Assembly: GCF_964355755.1 (NCBI RefSeq)
Contig: NC_092671.1
Coordinates: forward strand, 34,234,304-34,298,303
DNA: 64,000 bases
DNA from: Antedon mediterranea
Lineage: Eukaryota > Animalia > Echinodermata
Direction of reading: 5' to 3'
Part shown: one piece after another, positions 11,475 to 23,275 of the stretch
Layout of the letters: the number at the start of each line of letters is the position of its first letter
Numbering within the stretch: position 1 is the stretch's first letter
Position numbers and translations under genes: made by a program
The notes under the pieces: model-generated
What the model saw: the letters and a program-made list of their open reading frames with translations, nothing else
Database searches by the model: none
Told to the model about the DNA's origin: nothing

Positions 11475-14400
11475 TAAATGGAGTAGACAGCTAGAGTAAG
11501 TATATAAACATAATTATCTGTATATTAATGCCATGCCAAAATGTAAAATGTATTACGTAACAGTGGTAAAATACGTAACAATTCAATTATTTCACGAGCA
11601 CAAAGAATAATAAATGTATTACAAAACAATTGAAAAACAATGAAGTATAATGAAATTTAAATTTAATGGTATTTTATAAAATAATTATGGTCAAGACAGA
11701 CAAAGCATAACAAAATCTAAGTTGCATTTCTACACATCAGAAATTGGGTAGTGAATTCTTTATATTTTTAAAAAAACATGACTACATATAGAATGATCAG
11801 GTTTTAAATAATAATAGAGCAGTATATTGCAGAATTAAGACATTAATATTATGTAAGCTTACTATTAAATCTTAATTATTTTACAGAGAACAGAGAAGAA
11901 AGAGAGAGTAAGTATAAACATACTATTGCTAATGGTTTGCCATGCTAAAACGTGAAATTGATTACGTAAAACTTTAAAATACACTGTATAATGAAATATA
12001 ATTTATGAAGGGGCTTGTATTAGGACCAAGACAAAGTATAACAAAATAAAGATTTCATTTCTTACTACTACTACTGCGTCGAGCTTGCTCGGATTCTTTT
12101 AACTACTTCTTTCCAGCCGTCTCTATTAATCATTGCTCCTGGTAGCTCTTCAATTTTTTGGCCGGAGTCCGCAACTAGTTGGTCAATTAATGATTTTGGG
12201 GGCCTGCCTGGTCTTATTGTCCCATGTGATGGCATCCAGAGCATAAGTTCGCTTATCAGTTCACTTTTGTTGCGGAAAGAGTGTCCAACAAAGCGGACTC
12301 TTCTTTCTTTGATAACATCGGTGATCTTGCGAAGATTCCCATATAGCTGAGCGTTCGAGAGGTGCTCTTGCCACGAAACGTTAAGAACGGCTCGTAGCAT
12401 CCTAGTATATGTTCCGTTTAGAGTGTTTTCAAGTTTCTTAGTTAGGGTCCATGTCGATGACCCGTAGAGAAGGACAGACTCGACTGTGGTCTTAAAGAAA
12501 TTTTTCTTCATGTTGTTTGAGATGTTGGACTTCCATATGACAGTCAGGCGTTTGAGAGCTGACCAGGCTTTGCTGATACGTATATCAACGTCTTTTGCTG
12601 TTGAGGCAATGTTGCTGCCAAGATAGGTGAACTGGTCGACTTGATTGAGAGCGTATCCGGAGCTAGTTTGAATTTGACCTTGACAGTTTACGTTCATACT
12701 TTCTGTCTTTTTGGCATTTATGTTGAGGCCGATTGAGGATGCAGCATTTTCAAGGGCGTGTAGGAGGGTTTTTGCTCCAGCGATCGTGTTCGACAACAGG
12801 GCTATATCGTCAGCATAATCAGCGTCAGTTACCAATGTCGCAGGGAACCTCTTACTGATTCTTGGCTTCAATTTTAAGCCGTGTTTGTTGAGTGGATCAA
12901 TAGCCGAGCGGAGAACATAATCAAGACATATGATGAAGATGTAGGGAGCGAGAGTATATCCTTGAAGGACGCCTGCTTTTACCTGAAACGGATCAGTATC
13001 ACCATCTGGAGAACGAACCAGGGCACTTGAGTTTTTGTACAGCATCATTATGGCATTGACAATCTCAAGTGGAATTTTGTAGACGAGAAGAATTTCACGC
13101 ATCTTTTCACGATGGACAGAATCGAAGGCTTTTGCGAAATCTACAAAGAGGAGGACTGCAGGAAGATTTTTGTCACGCACTCCCTCAAGTATTCTCCTAA
13201 TTGTGAGAATCTGGCTGCTTACTGAGCGTCCCTGTCTAAAACCATCATTTCTTACACCTCCAGGAATTGTGTATAAGCCAACTGTATAAACTAACTTAAT
13301 ATATATTTACAAAAACAATATAGTAACCTACTACTTGTAAAATAATAATAAATCAAATGTTTTCAGCCTAAATGCCTCACTTTCAATCAATCAATAATCA
13401 ACATTTTTATTCCATAATTTAAAAAAACATATACAAATACAATAAAAATGATAGTGGAATGGGATACAAAATAAGCACAAGTGCATTAAACATGTAACCC
13501 TAGCTAACTAGAACAAACACTAGTACCAAAAAAACCTAACTTAAATATTTTTATTGATATAATGTTGCTTCAATCTCTGCTTAAACAAACTTAATGTGGG
13601 GATTGTTTTATATAATATGTTACATTATTCCAAATATGTGTTCTTGATAAGATATACATTGTTTTAGTTGTGGACAATAGTTTGACCTGTTTCTATATTT
13701 GAGTAATTATGGAACGCCTGGCCAAATCATTGATTAAATGATGCTGTTAATAGATTATGTTTATATCTGTGCATCAATATAGCAGCATAGTTGCTAATAA
13801 ATATTAGAGCTGATAATTTAAACAACTATTTTCATACATTATTTATGTCAACATACTATTGCATTTTTTATTTATTTTTTTTACAGAAAAGTGAGACAGG
13901 AAAAGTAAGTAGAATATTGCTTTTACTATCCAATAACATGACCATATAGAATAATCAGGTTTTTTTATAATAATACAGCAGGACATTTTGGGGAGAATTA
14001 TTAAGACATTAATATTTATGTAAGCTAACTATTAAATCTTAATTATTTTAAAGAGAACAGAGAAGACAGAAAGAGTAAGAATAAACATACTATTGCAAAT
14101 GGTTTGCCATGCTAATATGTAAAATGTGTTATGCAACATTTTAAATTACAAGTAGTATAATGAAATATAATTGTCAATTACTGTAGTAAATTGTATCTTT
14201 AAAATAATTTTCAATTTATTTTTGTTTTAAGTTCATGACATATTTTTAAATCATAATAAAGTCAAGGTTTAGTTTAAATGCACCATTATTGAAAAAAATA
14301 ATAAGAAAAAAATATAATAACAGGTAAAGTTTAAAAACATTAAGACAATTTATAATTATGTATGTTTAATATAACGTAATGAATATGAATACTTGTTTAT

Positions 14401-14613
14401 CTTATAGAAAATGGGAAAGACTACGAGAGTAAGTATATTTACACGATATAGTAATTTACCATGTGAAATGTGAAATTTGTTACGAAACACTAATGAAATT
14501 GATAATGTAGAAGACATTAAAAGTATATATGTTTTACTATTAAGACATAAGGTTTAAATAAATCACTAACAAAACTTAATATTTTTTGACAGAGAAACAA
14601 GTAGACTGTTAAA
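11475..14613 (+). CDS. Six microexons encoding the N-terminal E/R/K-rich helix of ROCO paralog 1: 11475-11495, 11887-11907, 13887-13904, 14054-14074, 14408-14428, 14593-14613
   Basis: Each is AG|exon|GTAAG, with lengths 21,21,18,21,21,21. Spliced in phase 2 they read KWSRQLEEQRRKREKVRQEKEQRRQKEKWERLREETSRLLK, in frame with the DED exon at 15031. Confidence 0.8.
12066..13244 (-). mobile_element. 5'-truncated RTE-clade LINE (RT fragment)
   Basis: ORF 12071..13180 has VDFAKAFDSV, GVLQG and YADD, with a (TAG)n tail. 11-bp TSD TCATTTCTTAC at 12055-12065 and 13245-13255. Confidence 0.9.
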
Positions 14614-16333
14614 GTAAGTATAAATTATATATTATTTTTAATCTTTTGTCTTTAGACTTTGTGGCCAAGGATTGCCAATAGTAAATTAATCACTGTCCTA
14701 TCAGATAGTTGGTAATCCCCCTGATGCAGGGCTATTTTGTGAACCAGTTCACCGAGGTAACCCCCTTCTCTTCTCGAAAATGAAGTGGGTTCTAATTGGT
14801 AAAAATAATAGGTAAGACATAATTTTTTTAATGCAAAAATCATATAATACGTATAGTAAAATGAATACAATGTAAATGAACATTTTATAATTTAGTTAGA
14901 CACCAGGTGAAAATGCATACACTTAATGGAGAAAGAGTAATTAATGGGAGACACCAACTAAAGAGAAAACAACCGTAGTAGTAGTAGTTCAAAACAAAAG
15001 AAACACACTTTTTCACTTTATTTTTAATAGGGTGAAGTTTTGGTCAGTGACTGATGAACTTTCAAGTGAAATTAAAGTGAATGATTTGCAGATGCTGAAG
15101 GTCGCCCTATATGACATAATCAACAACAAAAAGGAATTAAAAGCAGCGTCAGCTAATAGTTTGTTCAGACTATTACATTCAGAGGGTTACGTTGAAATTA
15201 GTTGGTTTGTGGAAGTTGATTGTGATCTGCTATTTGAATTATTTGAGTTAACAGGACTTCAAAGACTATCTCAAATATTATCCAAGAACTATCGTAAGCA
15301 GAGGCAGACAAATATAATCACAGGCTACAGACGAATGCTAGTTAAACTTGGCAAATCATTAAATACTCAACAAGTTGAAATCCTTGCGAAGCTCTGCAAT
15401 ATTAGAAAAGTTGATTCAAAAAATGCGTGGAATTTAATTAGCAGATTGACTCAAGGCAAAATTGAAGACACTATAGAATCGTTGACGGCATTTGAAGCTC
15501 TTCTGAAAGACAAACAAGATTTGAATCATGTAGGCCTACTTACTATTGTAAAATCATTTGGTAAGTATATCTTTTTTAGCAGCATCGTTCTATTTCAATC
15601 AGAATATCTTACTCTGGGCCAACTTTTAAACGCAAAATGTTCTGGTTTTTTTTTTATGAATGTCTTTAATATAAAAAAACTGAAACAGTCATGATATCAT
15701 AAATGAAATTTTACACAATTCATTTCTAACCTGGCTCTAGTCTTACAATATAATTACAATTGTAATATTTGTTTTGATTTTAGAAAAAAACTATAATACG
15801 CCCAATAATATTTTTTTTTTCAGTGCAACAGAAAAAACTGAATGATGGTAAGAATAGTAACTAAGCAGTAAATGTAATATTCAATATTGATCTAATGAAA
15901 ATAGTGTCTGATATGTTTCTTATATTTTGTAAATCGTTTATTTCGAATTAATAATTATTTATTTTTACACCATGTTCCTTGACTGCATGTTATATTCTCC
16001 TTCACTAAAAGTCATCTTATTCTAGAAACTCTCTGTCTAATATCATACATGTACTGCATATCTAAAAAATCCGAAACCACACACATGTAATTCCTAACCA
16101 AGTAGTGCATGTGTATTTACATAATGTATGTCTTTTAAACATAATAATAGTTCCTCTTGAGGTGTTGGCAAGAAGGCAGGAGGCTAATGATGCATTTCTT
16201 GATGCCATACAAGAAGGAAGTAAATCTATATACCAAACACGTCTAATGCTTGTAGGACAAGAGCGTGTTGGTAAAACCAGTTTAACCAAAGCACTCACTT
16301 GTCAACCGTAAGTAGGCCAAAATCCAGAACAAC

Positions 16334-16464
16334 AAGAACAATAGTTACATTAACAATTATTTTTAATTAATTATAGATTTATTTTAAAACAGAGCCTGCG
16401 TATTTAAGAACAATAGTTACATTAACAATTATTTTTAATTGATTATAGATTTATTTTAAAACAG
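16334..16464. repeat. Intronic direct duplication of about 60 bp
   Basis: AAGAACAATAGTTACATTAACAATTATTTTTAATT...TTTTAAAACAGA occurs twice, 72 bp apart. Confidence 0.9.
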
Positions 16465-16730
16465 ATATGTTTCTTAAAATAATACATTGAAGGTTCATAG
16501 GAACACCTACGAAATTGGGCAAAGATCATTAACGCTTGATGCATGACCAACCTTCGGGACTAGTACAATGGTAGCAATCTTCCATTTTTTGGCAAATATT
16601 TCCTTTACGTAATGCAGTGTCTCTTAGTAAAATGAGAAGCTAATTCAGTGTAATTTGATTTTTAGTTTATGTTACTCAGTTCATCATTCGTAACAAGTGG
16701 TACATATAAGTGTTGGCTTCATTATAAAAA

Positions 16731-18174
16731 CTAGATGGTACGCTCGCTTCGCTCGCGTACCATCTAGGTCGTGCCCACAGATGGTTCTCGAATACATAAT
16801 AATTTCAGCGTTAAAAAACTGGCAATTTCAAATGTACGTACCGCAGGACAATAATACATGTCGTGTACAGGAACGAATAAATAGACACTGTGATTTATGT
16901 ACTCAACTAAAATTAGCACCCTATTACTTCCAAAAGAGAAACTTGTCACAAAATAAGACCAATTGTTTAAGTCAAATTTAAACAAACTTAATTTGTGTTT
17001 TGTATGTAACATTAGGGTTGAGGGATGGGGAAGAGGATGGGTGCAAAGAGGAACAATGTTAAAATATATTCTTTATCCATTTAGTAACGAAATATTAATT
17101 GCTTTCATGTTTTACAAATAATATACCACTAAACACAGTAAAACATTGCGATGTAATACTTTGTTGAACTATCACCGTCCTAGTCGATTGAAATAGTACA
17201 GCACATGTAACGATACATCACTACGACGTGTATATGTTTATAATATAATGTAAAACAATTTGTGAAAACCACCTCTATTCGGGGAAAATCATAAATTTGA
17301 TTTAATCGTCAATAAATATTAAATTATCTAACTCAACTTAATTAGTAGGCCTAATGGTTTTCAATTGTTTCTTAGAGCCAATTCATACTTAAGTTGGTTC
17401 CTACCCTACCCACCAAAGTTGTTCTGCGTTTAGGGCATGTGATGTACCGTAGGCCTATTCTCTACTGGTTTTACAACGCTACTCATGCCAGTGAGGGAAA
17501 GGTGATGATGTGGGTGGTTTAACTGCAATAATAAAGATTTGTACATAATATACGGCAAGTGAAAACGCTAGCTCTCATTATCCGTTTAAAAAAAAATTAT
17601 ATCCAACCTCTGCAGCACAGATTGAAAACAAAAATGGATCGAATTTCGAGTATACAGTACTGTACTTGCCTTTACGACGCCTGAGGGAATAGACACTTGT
17701 GAAACAGAGATTGGAATGTTCCATTCATCGCAAATCAATACATTTGTATAATCGTATATTAAATCTATCAAAATAGTATTTTTTAAAGAAAATCGGCCTG
17801 TCTTCAACATTATGATGCTGTACTCTAGCTGTTCAACCAGTTTTCAGCTATTAAAAACCATTATCGTAGGAGGAGATAGGAAAATGCGAAGCCTCCTCGT
17901 ATTATTGTGGCGGGTATTTTTCAAGATGGACATCCATTAGACAGTGTATACCACGATCGGAAAACACCCCTATTTGGGGCAAATCGTTGAACCTAAATTC
18001 GTTTTAATCGTCAATAACTAATTACCTAACTCAATTTAATTAGTAAACAGGGTTACATCAGATGGTTAAAATCAGTACCGAAAGTACGAACCAACTTTAT
18101 ATACCATCGAGTAGAAATTCTAGAAATAAACCGAGATTTACCGAATTTTGCCCTTACGTAAATTTATATATAGA
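16731..18174 (-). mobile_element. Non-autonomous Helitron
   Basis: Minus strand begins TCTATATATAAA at 18174 and ends CTAG at 16731, with a GC-rich hairpin (16731-16767). Inserted between A and T with no TSD; homologous to 21682-22311. Confidence 0.8.
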
Positions 18175-20327
18175 TTAAATGATTTAAGTAATAACAATCC
18201 ATCTGATTACACAAAATTAAAAGCTTGTATAAAGGTCACGGAGTTAGACCTAATAGGCCAAATATGTTAACAGCGTGTTCTTTTCCTACACTGTATATTT
18301 TAAATATTTTGAATGACTTTTGTATTGCTTGAAATAATATGTTAAAAGTTTGTGTCATAAAATGTGTTTAAGTTGTGATATGTAGTAGAATGTGTTTCAG
18401 ATATAATACCACTTGTAACATTTATTTAGATTTGATGCTACTGAGGAAGTGACTGATGAAATTGAAGCATCATTGTCATGCACAATTAGTGTTAAGCATA
18501 CTACTAACTGGAAACCAAGTCAAATTAAAGGTATAGTACATTCACATTCAGAAATAAATATCTTAAATTAAAAATTGAAATTCCAAATAAGAAGTACGGA
18601 TATGAATATCCTCATTCATCCAAGTAGTATTAATTTTAGAAAGATATCAATCTAATCATTCAACCTAAGTCGTGAAACACTGTTTACTAAACAAGTAAGT
18701 GTAGTGGATTAAGGAAGTTTCAAAGGGTAATCATTACTGTAGGTAAACAATATTTGTATTTTTTATTTTTTTTATTTAAAAACATATTTATACATACTAA
18801 TGTAAATGTAATGCTTAACTTAATAAAGTAATGAGGTTCGGTTAGGTTTGCAATATGGTCCTGTTCGTATAATAAAAATAAAATAGAAAATGAAAATTAT
18901 AAAAATGAATCTTCTATTCAACTATACTGTAAAACTATAATAGAAAGTTGTATTGTGTTTCAAACCATTGCACCTGAAACACTTAGTGAACTATTCATGA
19001 GCATTCATTTAGTTGTTAAGGAGGATTAATGTTGAGATTTTCCTAAAAGATCCATGTCAAAAACCATTTCAATGTTATTATTTACATGTATATATTTTGT
19101 CCATTTTAACACGCTATAGCATAACCTCTGAGTTTTTTTTTTATAATTTGTTTAAAAATGTGCAGCTTCTGTAACCTCAGTAGTTTCTCAAAACATAATA
19201 CAGAATTGGGTTGTACGTTTATAGAGTAAATTTAAAAACGTTTTCCTGAGTGTCTCAGCTAATTTTGTATTTAATTGGCGTATAATAATGAGCATTCCAG
19301 TTTCACGGATTTGAATTCCTTAACTACTTGATTCATGTCACATGGGCATTCAGAGATACAGAAGAGCGTAAAGTAACTAGGTAACCATTCATAATGACAA
19401 TGTATGCAAAGATTTGCATTGCTTATATTCGCAGCAAAGAATGAAGTACGACAAGAATATATAAGAGCTCTTGCAGAAAAAATCGTAACTGACATTTTGA
19501 AGGATAAACGAGAGAATCAACATGAGGTTAGAACAATGTGATTACGATTATTAAATGTAAACAATGCTTGTATCATTATGTTATCTGTTGTATTTATGCT
19601 AATTATTGTTAAAATATGCCATTGTTTGCAATATTATACAGAAGTTAATGCACCATGGAAATGCAAAACAAGAAAATAAAGAAGTTGGCAGTGTTGCTGA
19701 GCCAGAGGAAGATAATCCAATAACGTATTTAACTTCCTCACATGAAGGTATGAAAACTCGATTAATACAATACCATGTTTTAAAGTCCATCTGGTTACAT
19801 ATATTGAAGAACAAAGAAATAACAACATTTACGATGGTTGGCAGCAACACACAAAACTGTTGGTAGGTAGAATTGCAATACGGATTTTGAATTTTATCCT
19901 TACTGGGAGTCCTTATTATTAATAGTCTGTCTTGTAGTACTTGATTTTATTCTGGTAGGATTGTATTTAAATTATTATTGCATGTTGTTGTTGCTGCTGC
20001 TGTTTGTTTTTTTTTTGCTGTTTTTTGTTATTGTTTTCTTTGGCGTTGTCACTAACCAATTGTAAAGAGTTATAACTATTTTTCCAAATATTATTTCTCA
20101 TTTCTCATACGATATTTATTAAATATTAATTTACAAATAAATTGTTTCAAATAGTTAATAATTTGTGCAGGCATTAAACACATCCATACATAACATTTAA
20201 ATTTCTATTAGAGAGCACAAGTAAAACATTGAAAGAAAGAGTGGTAAGAGCAGTTAGAGAAACATAAAGAAGGATTTTGACAATGAAAAGAAAGAAGGGA
20301 GAACAACATCAGGTCTGTATGCCTTCA

Positions 20328-21041
20328 TTTTTAGTCGCGTGCAACGCGACTCTACAGCTCAATATGTCGGTCGGTTGGTCGGTCGGTCGGTTGGTTGGTC
20401 GACACTAACTTGTATATGGCCTTGTCTTGATATCAGTTTCATCTAGCTAAGTCAATATATTACTTATGGCCAGGACTCGATGTGGTTATGTTTTTCACAA
20501 TGCGCAATCAAAAATTACGCGGTCTACGCACGATTTAATGAAATCACGTTTGTAATCATATCTTCACAAACATGAATCACAATTAAATAAAAGTTGGTAC
20601 TCATAAATTTCAGATCATATTTCATTATCATCATAATTTTGACAATACAATTACGTGCGTAGCGCATATAACGCACGCGTACGCGCGCTTAAAATTTTTC
20701 AAAATTGTCAAATTTATTTTCGATAAAATTAGAGTACGTTTCAGGCAATTTTAAGCGTTTAAAACATTGCAATGAGTGCGCAGATTTTTGCACTCGCACT
20801 GCACGTAAAACGTTAATACGCACTCTTTTTCCCTATTTGATTCACTTTTCAAACTAGAAATTACGTTATACGAGCACGTCAAAGTGACAGGCTACGCACG
20901 TGTAAATTAAAAAAATATAAATGTTTTTAAACATTTTCCACATTTTTAAACATGTTTAGCAATTTCGGTCGGCCGATTGGTTGGTCAGTCGGTGAACACT
21001 AACATGAGCAAGCAACTACAGCCATGTATATGGCCTTGTTT
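20328..21041 (+). mobile_element. DINE-1/HINE-like (Helentron-associated) non-autonomous element
   Basis: T-run start, inverted repeat AGTCGCGT..ACGCGACT, (GTCG)n microsatellite, 3' small hairpin; second copy at 45503-46251. Confidence 0.7.
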
Positions 21042-21681
21042 ATTAACAGTTTCAGTTTATTTAAACATTATATAAACAAGTTGAACTTTCAATTAACCAA
21101 TTGAGTACTTGATAATTAGTTTATCGAAAGTTAAAATGGTTTATACAATATTATTTTGAAACCAGATGAAATTTTTCGAGAATTTAAAAATTGTTCAGAT
21201 TAAGGGTTTAGACAGAACAAATACTTTAAAAAATATAATAAAAATTAAATTGTTTTGTATCAGTTTTAGGTGTCAACTTGCACCTAAAAACATTGCTGCT
21301 TGAAACAGCTTAGCCTTCAAATTCCACATCATGTCAATGCAACATTATATATTATTATATACTGTTTTATTAATCAGGGTATATACTAATGCATACTTTA
21401 AACATTATTATTTCATTTTGTAACAGGTTATTTTGCTTATTTTGTCATCTTTGCCCTTTTTACTTGTACTGTATATTACTATATTGATTTTTGTTATACA
21501 GAAATCAAGAGAAATTGTAAGAAAGAAACAGGAAGATGATAAATTTGGTAAGGTGTAATGGAATGTGCAATGTATGGCTTCATTAAGTTGTTGCTTTTTG
21601 TATTTTCTATATCTTGATTTTGGTTACAAAAAAAAGGAATAGTAAAAAATAGGTATGATTTATTGGAATTATACATTACTA

Positions 21682-22311
21682 CTAGATGGTACACGAGAGA
21701 AGCGAGCGTACCCACAGATGGTTTTTTATATTTAAACTCCTGTAAACAAACCCAATTTGTGTTTTTGTATGTAACATTAGGGTTGAGGGATGGGGAAGAG
21801 GACGTTTACAAAGAAGAAAAATGTTTAAATATATTCTTTATCCACACTCAGTAATGAAATATTGTTTTCATGTTTTATAGGCCTATAAGTAATATACCAC
21901 TAAATACAGTAAAACATTTGCGCTTTAATACTTTGTTAAAACTGTCACTATCATAGTCGATTGAAAAGTACATGTAACGATGCACCACTTCGACGTTTAT
22001 ATTTTTTGTAATAATTAATTAATACAAACGTTCAGAAGCAACTGTAAGTAATACAGTTTATTTGTATATCATGCGTCTATAATCTAATAGTGTATACCAT
22101 GATCGGAAAACATCCATATTTGGGGCAACCCGTTGAACCTAAATTCGTTTTAATTGTCAATAACTAATTATCTAACTCAATTTATTTAGTAAACAGGGTT
22201 ACATCAGGTGGTTAAAATCAGTACCGAAAGTATGAGCCAACTTTATATACCATCGAGTAAACATTCTAGAAGTAAGGCGCGATTTACCGAATATTTCCCT
22301 TACGTAAATTT
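21682..22311 (-). mobile_element. Shorter non-autonomous Helitron of the same family, 5' end interrupted
   Basis: CTAG end at 21682; shares long blocks with 16731-18174; broken just before the expected 5' TC terminus. Confidence 0.75.
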
Positions 22312-23275
22312 AACTCGTTGAATATTATACAGATATTGACTGCTTAGAGGTTAAATATAAGATTTGACATCCCCGAGGGAATGATATTAAGTTCGAGGGA
22401 ATATATATTTCCCGAAGCGCCAGCTGAGGGAAATATATATTCCCCGAGAACTTAATATCATTCCCGAGGGGATGTCAAATCATATATTTAACCGATATAA
22501 AAGGCAATATCTGTTATATTATACAGTATAGCCAAGAACAAGTCTGCTGGGTTGGGTGAAGCTAGGCTAGGCCTCCTATATTTCTATTGTATTTAAACAA
22601 GCCTGCCTAGACACCTTACCTTGCGAAGAATAATATATTGATAATTACTAATTAATGATTCCTTGGCAATAAAATATTCACTTAGGCCTAGGTCGTTTAA
22701 ATTAACAGAAGCATTTCCATCAATAAGCTTATTAATAATAATATTATAATCAGGTAGGCCGAATAAATAATTCGTCTTCTTAATTCTTCGAGGAGCCGAA
22801 CCACCGGATGTTCAGCGCGTACTAGTTACTAGGTTACTACACCGTGAGTATTGACCAATCACAAACGGTGTTTCATCACATTTAGGGTGGACTAATAACA
22901 AATGAGGGCGCTATGTATGCATAGCTTAAATAGTTTAGAAGATTAATTTCTTCAAGCAAGTTCAGTGGCGCAGCGGTTGAAGCGTTGTCTTGCGATGGAG
23001 TGACAATTCCACCCAAGTTCAAGATCGAGTAGATGACTTTTGTTTATTTATCGGCAACGCGAGTGTTGGCACACGAAAATTACACAGTCAATATCATCGT
23101 ACTCGAGAATCTATATGTTTAATGACAGGGGACACGATAATTACGCGAAAATTACACAGTCAATATCATCGTTCTCGAGGATATATACGATTTACGATCC
23201 TCGCAGCGGTAGTAATGTGATGCAGTTTCAACCAATCACGTTAGCGTATTTACATAGGCTATGTAATATAATATT
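22312..23275. mobile_element. Non-autonomous element with a palindrome of about 200 bp (Crypton-like or MITE; class uncertain)
   Basis: Inverted arms about 22321-22525 (GATTTGACATCCCCGAGGGAATGATATTAAGTTC / GAACTTAATATCATTCCCGAGGGGATGTCAAATC); internal direct repeat about 23070-23190. Right boundary approximate. Confidence 0.5.

Noticed and set aside
14652-14870. 72-aa minus-strand ORF
   Set aside because: No domain; the region looks like a SINE/LINE remnant in an intron, too degenerate to classify.
22955-23035. tRNA-like sequence
   Set aside because: A-box-like start but no consistent cloverleaf; more likely a SINE-derived piece within a repeat.
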